The translations under genes were made by a program, and so were the position numbers. The notes beneath the pieces were generated by a model, which did no database searches, was not told where the DNA came from, and saw only the letters and a list, made by a program, of their open reading frames with translations. Positions 1-11,952 of a stretch of DNA of 64,000 nt are shown piece by piece. The DNA is from Octopus sinensis (Eukaryota): NCBI RefSeq assembly GCF_006345805.1, contig NC_043018.1, positions 23,994,001 to 24,058,000 on the forward strand. The letters run 5' to 3'. Positions within the stretch are counted from its first letter, which is position 1, and each line of letters begins with the position of its first letter.

Positions 1-159
1 TTTTTATCAATACTGTACTATATTTAAACTTTTATGAAGATCTTTCTTACTGTTGTTCACTCCAAAATAGAATGTTTGCTTCTATCAAACAAACAAACAT
101 TCCACTGTAAGCTTAAGTTTTATGCTGCTATCTTGCCTCGATGAATTCTGGCTCTAAAT

Positions 160-342
160 TAATGAAATGTCGTGGATATATCTGCGACTTTATATAGCTA
201 TGGTAAGACCTCACCTGGAATTTGTATCACCGGTCTGGAACCCCTATCTTGCCCAGGATATTAATCGTCTGGAAGCCGTTCAGCGACGTGCAACCAAAAG
301 AATACCCTCCATCAGGCATTTGCCATATTCTGAACGCCTTAA
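160..342 (+). mobile_element. CR1-like LINE reverse transcriptase C-terminal fragment
   Basis: LYIAMVRPHLEFVSPVWNPYLAQDINRLEAVQRRATKRIPSIRHLPYSERLK matches the conserved CR1-group ORF2 end. Confidence 0.85.
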
Positions 343-624
343 AATGACAATGATAATGATACACATACTCATAATGATAGATAGAAATGTCTCCCCAATG
401 ACCTCAGCTCCTCTAATAGTTACTGGTTCTATTCCACTTACTTGTAAACCCACTGCACCCAACTCCTCCACTTCTCCCCTACTGGATCAGAGCATGTCTG
501 GGGTTTGAACAACACTTGAATTAGATAAGTGCTACATTACAGTTCTGTCTTACTTCTTAGCTGGAGAGACTTGTTAAAGGGTCTCCTAACAAACTGCCAA
601 TTATGCTCTACGAAGTGAATACCT

Positions 625-779
625 ATTTCTTTACTACCCACAAGGGGCTAAACATAGAGTGGACAAACAAGGACAGACAAAGGATTAAGTTGATTACATC
701 GACCCCAGTGCGTAACTGGTACTTAATTTATCAACCCCGAAAGGATGAAAGACAAAGTCGACCTCGGCGGAATTTGAAA
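625..779 (-). mobile_element. SINE family A, 5'-truncated copy with 12-bp target site duplication
   Basis: Same body as 3409-3638. aagtgaatacct is duplicated at 613-624 and 780-791. Confidence 0.85.
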
Positions 780-933
780 AAGTGAATACCTTCCCCTCAA
801 ACACACACACATGAGTTCAGGATCACTGAACTGTGTTACTATGTTAGATCGCAGGGCCAACTGCAAAGTTTACTCTCCCCTGTCCACCTTTTTTCAAAAC
901 ACCTCACTAAGAATGATCTGAAGCTTCACTCAC

Positions 934-990
934 CCTTACAGCCTCGATTCGGAATCCCAGTGATGCAGATGAACTTTGCTGTTCTCTAAA
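934..990 (-). CDS. IP3K1: IP3 3-kinase (IP3K1-like) internal exon, FREQQSSSASLGFRIEAVR; gene continues beyond position 1
   Basis: 57 nt, phase 0/0. Acceptor ctatttctttttcAG, donor GTgagt. Contains the IPK-family GFRIE motif and is in frame with the 2835-2970 exon. Confidence 0.93.
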
Positions 991-1107
991 CTGAAAAAGA
1001 AATAGGTCATATACATTTCATAGGATCAGAATAGGAAAGATTTCACAGCATAGAAGAAAATTAGAACACATTTCATAGTATAAAATATAAACAGGATGTA
1101 TTTCAGA

Positions 1108-1260
1108 TCTATAATAATAAAAGTGAAATTCTGTCTGTTCGTCTGGGACCCTTGTATCTCAGTTTACATTTGCTCTACATAGACATGTTATACCTTTTTG
1201 GGAATCAGGATGATCCCAGGATTGCAAATCTGCCCTTCATTTGGTTCTTGAACATCTAAC
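1108..1260 (+). mobile_element. Probable non-autonomous Helitron 5' end
   Basis: a|TCtataataataaaa...ctgtctgttcgtctg start, resembling the element at 38487. Confidence 0.4.
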
Positions 1261-2435
1261 ATTGGGATCTGATTTAAAAGCATTTGGGTTGCTATTTCTA
1301 GCAGGTTGATTCATGCTATCTTGGTTGGCAGATGACGTCAGAGATCAAGGGAGAGATAAATGACATTTGCTTTGTTCATTTTACGTTGAGATAAGAACTT
1401 TGGGACAAATTGGCCAACAATTGGAATTCAAACTGGGACAGTAGAATGTTTGCATTACAGAATCAATTCTCATCTGTCCTTAACCTCTGAACAAACAATA
1501 ATAGATGTATTATAGCCATGCTATTCAGCTCTCTATTAGTCTTATGCAGGAGCTAGCTCAAATGTCCGCAGAGAGTGCGGCTTTTACGCTAATATAATAA
1601 CATAGTAGTAAACAGGAAACAGTTTACAATATAGGAAATAATCAACAAACATTACATAGTAACGAAGATAAATAAAAGCAGTAATGGTGGTGTAGTAGAA
1701 AATAATATACACTTTATAGCAAAGGAAATTAGCTAGCTTGCTTGCTATACTGTGTTTGGGAAGCATTTGTAGAATTGATTTGTTTCTGGCTGGTCTGAAA
1801 ATGGCAAATGAAGAGACATCCAGAAAAATTTGCAATTCATAGATCTATGCATGTGGTTTGCTACATGTGGCTCTTAGACTATCAGCAGAGTGAAATGTCT
1901 TTCAGTAAGATAATCAACATCCCAGTTCTACAACATGTTGTGTGTAGTTACCATATTTTGTAGATTTGACACAACCCACTGCATAGAAGTAGATAAATAA
2001 ATAACAAAATAACATATGATGTAATAGGAGAAGTAATATAACTTGGAAAAGATAATCATTGTCACTGTTTAATGCCTGTTTTTCATGCTGGCATGGGTTG
2101 GATGGTTTAACCACAGTAGGCAAGGCCAGGGGCCACACCAAGTTCCATAGTCAGTTTTGGCTTGGTTTTTATGGCTGGTTGCCCTTCCTAATGCCAACCA
2201 CTGTACAGAGCGTACTGGGTGCTTTTTACATGGCACCAACACCCACACCAATGCTTTTTACATGGCACCTTGGTTTTAGGACCTCAGTTCTGTTGTGGCA
2301 GACAGGTCTTCTCAACTACATATCTCGGTAAATAAATAACTAATAAATAAATAGCATACGGTGGACAATGTAACAGAAGTAATGTAACCCGGGAGAGGCA
2401 ATACAAGAAATAATACATTGCTTAATCACTCACTG

Positions 2436-2507
2436 GGCAGAGTGGTGCTGTGGAAACATGCTGAGCTCATAACCCAGAGGTCTGCAGATCAAAACTATGC
2501 TCTGTGA
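2436..2507 (+). pseudogene. Decayed initiator tRNA-Met (CAT) copy
   Basis: 72 nt collinear with eukaryotic tRNA-iMet (GCAGAGTGG...CATAACCCAGAGGTC...GATC.AAAC...CTCTG). Many differences are CpG to TpG/CpA, and the stems and B box are damaged. Confidence 0.85.
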
Positions 2508-2834
2508 AGAAATGGTTACTATTTTTGATACTTATACATCCCATCTGAGTTGTCTACAAATATACCAGCCTTGTACATGTATGCAAACCTCCACAGTTAG
2601 GTACAAATTATATATTATAAAACAGAAATATATACGAGGTCAAGGGGGTCACCAATTGGCTGGGGTTCACTGAAATCCAAGTAGAGTAATGGGCAAAGAC
2701 AACAACAGGACTTTTCACTTTGTACATAAGGTAATCAGCAAACATTTCATAGAAAGACAGAAAAAAGATCAATAATGATAGTATACAATGCAAAGGTCCC
2801 AAAGATTATAGAATTATTTAGTACTGAAGTTTAC

Positions 2835-2970
2835 CTGCATATACCGAAGTTTGGTTAGGGCTTTTGCTTGTCTCTCCTGAGCTGTAGGTGCTGTAGGGTC
2901 AATCATGACCATCTTCTTAAATAAATCTGTCCTTAATGACTCATTTATCACTTCTGATTCAAGAAATGTC
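2835..2970 (-). CDS. IP3K1: IP3 3-kinase exon, (R)TFLESEVINESLRTDLFKKMVMIDPTAPTAQERQAKALTKLRYMQ (IP-binding region)
   Basis: 136 nt, phase 2/0. Acceptor ttttatcgttgcAG, donor cag|GTaaac. RTFLESEV and TKLRYM resemble invertebrate IP3K1 rather than the RTYLEEEL/TKPRYM of ITPKA-C. Confidence 0.95.
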
Positions 2971-3408
2971 CTGCAACGATAAAACCAGCAGATGATATCT
3001 TAACTAAGATCTATCATAGCAATGATTCACAAAAGACTCTACAATAACTCACATCATCAACATCATCATTTAACACCAACTTTACCATGCTTGCATGGGT
3101 TGGACAGAGCTTGATTTTAAGGCAGATTTCCTATGACTGAGGGCCCTTCCTGTCCCGTTTCCAAGCAAGTTATTATTTTTCATGGCCAGACATGTTTCCA
3201 TAAAATATTGGAAATCAAGACATTCATTTACAACAAATGCACGACATTAATACAAGGAGACTCGCATGCACACACGGTGTGTGTGTACATAATGGGCTTC
3301 TTTCAGCTCCCTTCAACCAAATCCACTCACAAGGCAGCCCAGAGTTATAGTTGAAAACATCTGACCAAGGTGGGACTGAAACTAAAACTATATGACTAGA
3401 AGCAATAA

Positions 3409-3638
3409 GGCAGCGAGCTGGCAGAAACGTTAGCACGCCAGGCGAAATGCGTAGCCGTATTTCGTCTGTCGTTACGTTGTGAGTTCAAATTCCGCCGAGG
3501 TCAACTTTGCCTTTCATCCTTTCGGGGTGGAAAATAAAGTACCAGTTACACACTGGGGTCGATGTAAACGACTTAATCCCTTTGTCTGTCCTTGTTTGTC
3601 CCCTCTATGTTTAGCCCCTTGTGGGCAATAAAGAAATA
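3409..3638 (+). mobile_element. tRNA-derived SINE family A, full-length reference copy (core GCCTTTCATCCTTTCGGGGTCGATAAATTAAGTACC, MetaSINE-like), nested in a family B copy
   Basis: B box gagttcaaattcc. 17-bp TSD tatatgactagaagcaa (3389-3405 and 3639-3655). Many other copies, e.g. 13544-14378, 19805-21460, 30345-31643, 32570-33670, 45236-45835. Confidence 0.9.
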
Positions 3639-4176
3639 TATATGACTAGAAGCAAACTGCTTAACCACACAGCCATGCCTACACCTTTATGTCAATTAGT
3701 TTGATGACCTTTTGAATGCAGTCTTGCAACCCTGTGTCTTGTAGCAGCAGTTGAGAGAGTCATATGCTATATGGATCCCACTTGAGTTTTGTAAAGAATT
3801 TATAGCTGTTGGTGGTTCTGAAGTATTTTTTTACCCTGAAGATCAGTTTTTGTGATGCAAATCTTGTGAAGCCATGTTGTGGGTATAAAGCCACCATTAG
3901 AAGTCCTGTGGCAACATTCAGCATTTAACAACTTTAAGAGTCTTCACCCCTTAGCATTCAAGATTACTCTATCAAATGTGATGCTTATTTATTCACATTG
4001 TTTTGAATTAATCTTGCATTATTTTGTCCCTTCAAGGTTTAAGAGATGTGATTGTAGGGCAGGTGTTAGAGGTAGGAGCTGGCCAGTTTGAGCATAAAAC
4101 AGGTAGAATATTTGGGCCAGATATAGGTGGTTTAAATGCTTAAAGGATTAAAGAAATTGGATGGAATTTAGTTTAC

Positions 4177-4249
4177 CTGGTTCCTAATTTCATATCAATT
4201 ATGTTCGGATCATGGAAATCTTCCAGCAAATTCTGAATTTCAATAAAAT
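4177..4249 (-). CDS. IP3K1: IP3 3-kinase exon, (Y)FIEIQNLLEDFHDPNIIDMKLGT(R)
   Basis: 73 nt, phase 1/2. Contains the inositol phosphate kinase signature PxxxDxKxG (PNIIDMKLG). Donor cag|GTaaac. Confidence 0.95.
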
Positions 4250-4453
4250 CTGAGAAGTGTTAAGGATTGTTTCGAGTCATGATATTTCTGTATTTTTCAC
4301 GTTTTTATAAAATATATTCTTTTCATTAAGGTATAGTTCTTAACTCTGAATGATGAATACTACAGCCCTGAGCTTAAGCCTTACAGCAGTTAATTTGTGG
4401 CAAAGACAAAGCAGGTAACTGTGGTGATCTCAACTTGCAAGATGGACACAATA

Positions 4454-4673
4454 TGATAGGGTGCTGAAAAGTTCCTAGCTTTAAACATATTGCGAAAAGC
4501 CTGGTTGGGGGCCCAACCATCCAAGTTCTTTTACAGGGCTTAGAAAAACTAAAGGACCACTACAATAAGTGTGTAAATCTGAGAGGGGAATATGTTGAAT
4601 AAAATCATAATAATTAACTAATCCTCCTGTATTTTCTCTTACCCAAAGCCAGGAATTTTTCAGCACCCCCTTG
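4454..4673 (+). mobile_element. Internally deleted mariner element (MITE, 220 bp)
   Basis: TA flanks. TIRs gggtgctgaaaagttcctagcttt / aaagccaggaatttttcagcaccc. Retains the transposase C-terminus LQGLEKLKDHYNKCVNLRGEYVE*. Confidence 0.85.
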
Positions 4674-4825
4674 TAATTGACCACTGATTCCCAGTTAGAT
4701 AGTCTATAGTAGAAAGAGCATGCACATGTAAAAAAAACATTTGTGTGAAAGAGATAAAACACAACCCACTCATGCAAATAAGGACAAAATAAATGTAAAA
4801 CATTTTTTAAAATTATGTTATATAT

Positions 4826-5203
4826 TTTTTTGCTAGATTCCTGATGTGGAATTGTGTGTTGAAACAAATATTGTTATATTTGGGGATGGTTATTTTTTTT
4901 TCTTATCAAATAAACACACACGCCATATATTTGTTTTTCACTCATTTATTATTGTTCTTATTTTATGTCCATTGTCTGGATATCTTTAGTCACACATCCT
5001 GTGACCTCTTCAGTAACACTCCATCCCACATGTGTCCTGTTCTCTTTAGTTCATTCTGTTGCTGAAGAGGTCACAGGATGTGTGATGAAAGATTTCCAGA
5101 CAATGGACACAAAATAAGAACAATAATAAGCAAGTGAAGAATGAATATATACTGCGTGTGTTTATTTGGCAAAAAAAAAAAAAATGACCATCTCGAAATG
5201 TAA
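4826..5203. mobile_element. Penelope-like terminal repeat remnant, inverted pair (arms about 4874-5018 and 5057-5203), each with a hammerhead-like core
   Basis: About 145-bp imperfect inverted repeat containing CTGAAGA-stem-GAAA-TC. A third copy is at 48175-48390. Assignment to Penelope-like elements is inferred from structure. Confidence 0.65.
5057..5102 (+). ncRNA. Minimal type I hammerhead ribozyme-like motif
   Basis: tgttg CTGAAGA g gtcaca-ggatg-tgtgat GAAA gatt TC cagaca. Stem II is clear, stem III is vestigial. Confidence 0.5.
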
Positions 5204-5803
5204 TATTTAAAAATAAAAGAAACTAAAATACAATTGCATGGTTTTTGCAATGTCAAACATTTTCATGATTGTTAGAGCGTATATTTTTGCAGGTTTTCTT
5301 CACTGCTGAATAACTCACCTTCTCTAACACCATCAAACCAGAGCAAGATCTTTATTTGCATTTAGGATGATCCAGGTAAATTCAGAAACATGTACTTAAC
5401 CCTTCAGCATTCAGATCACTCTGTCACATATTTATTTACACTGTTTTGACCCTCGGCAATATTCTGTGCTTGAGTTGACCTGTCAAGACAAGTGAGACCA
5501 TAGTCGTGGCACGTAAAAAGCACCCACTACACTCTCAGAGTGGTTGGCATTAGGAAGGGCATCCAGGCGTAGAAACCTTGCCAAATTTTTATATGTATAT
5601 ATTCTCATACACACACAAATATATATAGAGAGAGAGAAAGATATAAACATATCTATAAATACACCGCAATAATACATACATACATACATACATACATACA
5701 TACACACACATATACACCCAAAGTTCTTGGCAAGTCAGCACATCAGTTGAATTGATAGTGTGTATGTTATGAAGTGTCTATGTACATGTATATAAAAGGA
5801 TAC

Positions 5804-5953
5804 ACTGCCCATGGTATTCAATCTGCTGGTAGAATTTAGGAACAATAGTCTTGGCTACATCAGTCTGTAGTTCTTTGTATGTTTGGAATTCGTTGCTGTC
5901 ATCAGACAATCGTCTCTTCCAGATTGTGTTACTTGTGGCTGGAGCAAAGGTTT
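5804..5953 (-). CDS. IP3K1: IP3 3-kinase exon, (Q)TFAPATSNTIWKRRLSDDSNEFQTYKELQTDVAKTIVPKFYQQIEYHGQ(Y)
   Basis: 150 nt, phase 1/1. Acceptor cttttctctcttgtAG. The N-lobe pattern FAPA...IWK...E..TY..L..D.....VPKFY is typical of IP3Ks. Confidence 0.93.
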
Positions 5954-6569
5954 CTACAAGAGAGAAAAGTTTGGTTTTAACATTAATGTATTGTGTGTGT
6001 GTGTGGGAGGTGGGTACAATAGTTTATTTGAAGTATGTGAAATCATATTTAAAGTGCTTTGGAAGGCCAGAATCTAGAAATAAATTTTAAAAACTGAAAA
6101 TAAAAGCAATACAAAAGCATATTATATAGGAAATCACACACATAGATTATAATTTTAACAAGAAAAGCTGACAGTGACTTCAAAGTTAGGAAAATCAAAA
6201 ATTCTTTAGTCTAATAAAGAGAACTTTGTCAACTGCATCACGTTAAAGTACTTTTGGTTTCCCAAACTTTATATACTTTTTGGTTTATCTGGTGGGTGGA
6301 GCAATATGATTGCAAAATAGTTATGATATAATAACACATATTTTAGTTTCTTTTACTATTTTTGTTACATAAAAAGTTATATTTTTATAGCTTCCTTACA
6401 AATAATATGCTACCCTGTTTAAAGGTATTGTTCCTTCAATAAGCATATGACTTTTTTTATGTATATCAGACTACATGGATGGATGTTTGGATGGATGGAT
6501 AGACAAACAGACTATGTCTTACATAAATAGATAGAGCAACAGAAAAATCTAAGTGTATATGAAGAACAT

Positions 6570-6813
6570 CGATAGCACGTAAAAAGCACCAACCGATCAT
6601 GGCCATTGCCAGCTTCCTCTGGCCCCTGTGACGGTGGTACATAAAAAGCACCCACTACATTCACGGAGTGGTTGGCGTTAGGAAGGGCATCCAGCTGTAG
6701 AAACACTGCCAGATCAGACTGGAACCTGGTGCAGCCTCCTGGCTTCCCAGACCCCAGTCGAACTGTCCAACCCATGCTAGCATGGAAAATGGGCGTTAAA
6801 CAATGATGATGAT
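6570..6813 (+). mobile_element. Repeat family D (non-autonomous retroposon with RTE-type 3' tail ending in (GAT)n), representative copy
   Basis: Contains ggttggcgttaggaagggcatccagctgtagaaac...caacccatgctagcatggaaaa...gatgatgat. Other copies, mostly minus strand, at 2055, 7229, 8917, 11227, 23378, 31017, 41400, 51773, 62229. Confidence 0.8.
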
Positions 6814-7392
6814 ATATATATATGTATATGAGAATATATACAAAGCATATATTTTTATATTCTCTTACTGGTTATGATTACTGAACATCTTATGCTGGTG
6901 AATTGCCTTCAGACTTATTGTACTAAATAATTATTTATTTTACAGACCTTACAAAACTGAAAAGTCAGACTAAGCATTATTTTAGCTCAGAATATATCCA
7001 AAATACATCCACCACTGCAGTGATCTATCATCCTCGTTTTTTTCTCTGTGTGTGAGTGTCAAAATTGTAATGATATTTGGCCAATAACTGAGGAGTTGTT
7101 GATCATGTCTGCATCTGTTGTGTGCATGTTTTTCTTCCTCTTTTACTGTAAATTCATTCGTCATCCCCCCTCTGCAACATTTTCATTTTGTGTGCGTGCG
7201 CATGCATGCATGTGTGTGTGTGTGTGTGATCATCATCATATAGTGTCTGCTTTCCATGCTGGCATGGGTTAGACGGCTTGATTGAAACTGATAAGCTGGA
7301 GTGCTGCCTCAGATTCCAGTCTAATTTGACACAGCTTCTATAGTTGGATGCCCTTCTTTACGTCAACCACCCCAAGAGTGTAATGGGGGATT

Positions 7393-7431
<39 letters not shown>

Positions 7432-7779
7432 CGGATATATTGAGCAATGCCATGATATCTATACTGGAATATATGGAAGATATATATATATATATGGAAC
7501 AAGGAATGAAGAAGGTTCAAGGTTCTTAATCTTACTGACGTAAATAGCCTAACAGTTTACAAACCTAACTCCAAAAATTTCAACAGTCACTTGATCACCA
7601 ACCAATCAGACAAACGCACAAACCATACTTAAAACTCACTGGGAAACAGAACAGATGACTAGTTGTAAATATCAAATCCTTCACCTGTTTAGAATGTACC
7701 ACTCAACACAGATCAGCGACAGGATTAGCTTAGATAAGGTACAGCTTGTGTTTGCACCAAAAAGAATTACCACCTTTGG

Positions 7780-9665
7780 TCTCTCTTCCTAATTTGACAA
7801 CTTCATAAAGAAGTTCATTGGTAAGAGCTGTAATTAGGTGGTTGCTAAAAAAATTTGGTGCTGGTTAATGGCTTGTGAGAGAACTGTGCAAGCCATGTAC
7901 AGAAAGGGTGTCTGCTAGGTGGGAGTTAGCAATGAGTTTAGCAAAAACTTCAGCATGCAGACAGGTATGGAATATACAGGTAAGTTTCATCATTATCATT
8001 TAATGTCCGTTTTCATGCTGGCATGGTTGCACAGTTTGATAGGAGATAATCAGTTGAAGGGTCATTCGGGCTCCATGTCATGTCTGTTTTGGCATGGTCT
8101 CTATGGCTGGATGCCCTTCCAAATGTCAACCACTTTACAGATTGTATTGGGTGCTTATATGCAGCACCAGCATGGATGCTTTTTACGTGGACCCATGCCG
8201 GTGCTGCATTTAAGCACCCAGTGCACTCTACACAGGAATAGGTTTAGTTCTCAGCTTCTTCCTGGTTATCATACTTTTCCAAAGCAGTTCAAGATCAGCT
8301 GTCTGCAGTAATTTCGGAACGCAAATGACCTAGCTATCATAGTCAACACTACCAAAGAATTAAAGAAGAAATTTCAAACTTGGAAGCAAATCCTTGAGTC
8401 AAAGGGTTCTAAGAAAAACAATACTTTTTGTTAGTAAAAAAGAAGACAAGGCTACTATTATTTAAGAAGTGTCCATGTTTGAGAAGCAGAAAAAGATGTA
8501 GACAGGAACTTCAAACAGTGTATCCTATATGAATTATGGGTGCACAAGTGATGCAGTGGAATCACAGACAGACTGACAGAGAAGGATGCTGTATATAGTT
8601 GAAGCACAAGAGTAGTTACCAATAAGAGCATCAATGAAATAAATTTCATCAAATGCTCGAAATTTCCAGTGGAAGTAGTAAGCAGTTTTTGTTACCTAGG
8701 TGACATAAGCACCAGTGGAAGAGGTCGTTCCAAAATCTGCATGGAAAAGGTTTAATAAACTAGAGTCTCTGATGATGACAAAGAAATTTTCTCCAGGTGA
8801 AGAGCAGATTGTATAATGCTTGAATACAAAACATGATATTGCATGATAGCAAAATATGAGCACTGAATATGGAGAATGATGAAGGTGGGAAAGAAATAAA
8901 CCAAGTATGCTGTTTGATCATCATCATCATCATCATTTAGTGTCTGCTTTCCATGCTGGCATGGATTAGACAGTTTGACCAGAACTGGTAAGCCGGAGAG
9001 CTGTACCAAGTTTCAGTCTGTTGTGGCATGGTTTCTACAACTGGATGCCCTTCCTAATGCCAACCACTCCAAGAGTGTACAGGGTGCTTTTCACATGCCA
9101 GTTTCGTGAAACTGGCATTGTAATGTTATTGTAAATGATTGCTAGAACCCGAGAAAAATTGAGCATAATAAAAATTAGCTGTGGTATGCAGGAGAAGAAA
9201 CTGCCCTGTTACAGTGATGTAATGTATATGATAAATAACAGTTGGGTTAAAGAAGTGCCAATTAATCTAACAGGGAGGAACATAAAAAAAAAAAGAATGA
9301 CATAAAAAGAAATGGTCCAGATCAACATGATGATCTCAGAATGTTGGATATCAAGTGAGAGATAAGTTAAGTTAATTTTTTGGCTCAAAAAGCAAAAAGC
9401 AAGGCCATGTAGGGGGACCTGGAGTTATGTACAGGGAGGGTGTTCATGCAAAGAGTTCAGGCCATTTCTGGTCAAGAGAGACTTTGAACCAAGCGGTCGT
9501 CGGCATCTTCACTATCTCGTCCGGCATCTTATTCCACGGATCCGCAACCCGGACGGAGATGTCAAGGGGTTGCAGGAAGCAGCAACATAGTGTACTGGAG
9601 AAAACCCTTTCAACCCATATTAACATGGAAAAACAGGCTCAAATTGATGGTGCTTGTGACAATGG
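7780..9665 (+). mobile_element. Heavily decayed RTE-clade LINE (RT to 3' tail), interrupted by family D copies and a CR1 tail
   Basis: Frameshifted remnants WLVR..VQAMYR, ANDLAIIVNTTKELKKKFQTWKQILESKG and WVHK*CSGITDRL. The tail caacccatattaacatggaaaa resembles family D. Confidence 0.65.
9364..9559 (-). mobile_element. CR1-like LINE 3' end (short 5'-truncated insertion)
   Basis: SVRVADPWNKMPDEIVKMPTTAWFKVSLDQKWPELFA*, then 3' UTR and (AACTT)n tail. Near-identical copy at 18470-18724. Confidence 0.85.
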
Positions 9666-9718
9666 TATATGAGGTTGTCATTTATGCTGAGTGTTTGCTG
9701 ACATGTTAAGTTGTTTAA

Positions 9719-9938
9719 CCCTTTCGTTACTGTATTTATTTTGAGATGCTCTGTGTTTCTTTAAATTACTTTAAATATAACAAAGAATTTAGTAAAATAA
9801 CTTGGGTATCATTCAGCTAGTGTTAGGAACATAAATTGTGACTAAGGTTTGGTGGAAGATTTTAATTCAAAACTTATGAAAAGAAGACATTTGTACTCAG
9901 AGCCAGAGCCGGTTTCAGCCAGGTTGGTAACAAAAGGG
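9719..9938. mobile_element. piggyBac-type MITE family 1 (220 bp)
   Basis: TTAA on both sides. TIRs ccctttcgttac / gtaacaaaaggg. Related pieces at 23121, 49665-49911, 51275-51482, 51721. Confidence 0.85.
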
Positions 9939-11507
9939 TTAATGTTACTTATAGTTTCACAAGTAGCACAGGGTAGAATAATACTAATGTGCTGTACTAT
10001 ATAATTATGAATCTGTGGATAATTTAACATCATGATGATGATGTATTTTTCTCTTTCTTCTTTAGATATAACCAAGAATGGAAACAATTGAAGAAGTACA
10101 CAAAACTATTTAGATATTTTGGGTCAGCAACCTGATATTATAATAGAACTTGATAATAATATTTAGCACCAAATCAGTTCAAACAGTGTGTCTAGGACTA
10201 AATCATCCAAATTGTTTTTCGTTTTTTGAAAGAGACTAAGATTTAAGTGAAATTTGTTTGCTATTTGTAGCAGATCAAGCAATCACGTTGTGACTGTGCC
10301 TTGGTTCAAATACAAAATATGTATTATTTGGGTGGAGTTAGATATGTGAAAAACTAACAGTGTTTATATTCTGAAAATGTGCTTTGTATTGTGGTTGTGT
10401 TTACCTCGTCGGGTTAGTATTATCAGCAAATACTTCACTAGGTTAGCACATAGATAAACTTCTAGAACTAACAAATCTATTATAGCTTACTGCAAAAAGG
10501 TATGAGCAAACTGTAATACTTGAGTCTTTATTCTTTTTGTATGGCACACCTAATATCATCATCATAATAAAATAATAATGAAATTATTGTGTATAGTGCT
10601 CAGGTGCGCTACAACTCATCAAAGGTGCATGTACAGTACATAGAATTATGAACAAAAGTCAGGGAAGCGAACAGTGTATGAGTCATGATATACATGTATG
10701 CATGAGTATATGGACACAATAACATTTGACTAAAATTTTCATGGACTAAATTTTTAATAATTTTATTTCTTTTTCTCATTCATTAACACCATCCCAAGAT
10801 TTGCTTCATATAGTTTGCTTAATGTATTGTATTGTACAACATATAACATTTGTTAAATTATTTCTTAGTAGTGTGACCTGATTTAGTCCTATACGTACTA
10901 TGTCTGGACAACAAAATAATGATGATGGTTACAGCTGAAAAGTCATCTATAGTCTATAGATATGCTTGCTCATACTGCACTGGGGTTACAAATCAGAATA
11001 CATTAGATAGTACAGTCCTCCAACATGTCCTATGTCCAAAAGAAAACAAGATAGGTTCAGGCATGGCTGTGTGGAAAGAAGTTTGCTTCCCAACTACATG
11101 GTTTTAGGTTCAGTCCCACTGCAAAGCACCCTGGACAAGTGTCTTCTACTATAACCCCAGGCTGACCAAAGCTTTGTGAGTGGATTTGATAGGTGGAAAC
11201 TCAAACAAGCCCTTTATATCTCGCTATCATCATCATCATTTAATGTCTCTTTTTCCATGCTGACATGAGTCGCACAGTTTGACCAGAGCTGGCAAGCTGC
11301 ACCAGGTTCCAATCAGATTCGGCTTGGTTTCTATGGCCAGATGCCCTTCCAAACATCAACCACTTTGCAGGGTGATTTTATGTGGCACCAACATGGGTAC
11401 TTCTACATGGCACTGGCACAGGTACTTTTTACATGGTGCCAGCACAGGGCTCTTACAGGTCAATCCTCTTCAGCAACGGGAGCAGTATTAACACTTCTCC
11501 TGTGGAG

Positions 11508-11558
<51 letters not shown>

Positions 11559-11952
11559 GTATGTATGTAGGTGTGCCTTTGTGTTTGTCTATCCCTAAAC
11601 CAGTGTTGGTTTGTTGACATCCCCATAACTTAGCAGTTCAGAAAAAGAAACTGATAGAAAAATAGACTTTAAAAAAGATAGTGCCCCATCATGGCCATAA
11701 CCCAATGACTGAAACAAATAAAAGATGAAGGAAAACTGCAGCTGGAACACCTTTAGTTATAGGCCTGGTATCCTTGACCTTTTCCAGAGCCTCCATAATA
11801 GGAGGGAGGGAGGAATGGGGACTGGATCTGAATGCTTATAATAAACTGAACCCTGTTCAAGGTATCTTAAGAACCAGCTTGATAGTGTTAAACCAGATAA
11901 TGGATTAAGTTTACCTCTCTTAGCCTCAGATAGTATCATTATCACCAATTAA

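Larger units (their letters stand above)
4250..5803 (-). other. U12-type (minor spliceosome) GT-AG intron of the IP3K gene, 1554 nt
   Basis: 5' splice site GTATCCTTTT (5803-5794). Branch site TCCTTAAC (4266-4259) lies 11-12 nt before the 3' AG, with no long polypyrimidine tract. Splicing here preserves the kinase frame (T|AT = Tyr). Confidence 0.9.

Noticed and set aside
343-610. Search for a further IP3K exon downstream of 934
   Set aside because: No minus-strand frame resembling the expected next kinase segment; the remaining exons are presumably outside the window.
5300-5390. Minus-strand donor-like AG|GTGAGT near 5318 within the U12 intron
   Set aside because: No clear acceptor or kinase-like coding sequence upstream; not needed for the frame.
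11757-11948. Non-repetitive 63-aa minus-strand ORF inside an IP3K intron
   Set aside because: No recognisable motif, and the flanking kinase exons already join in frame without it.
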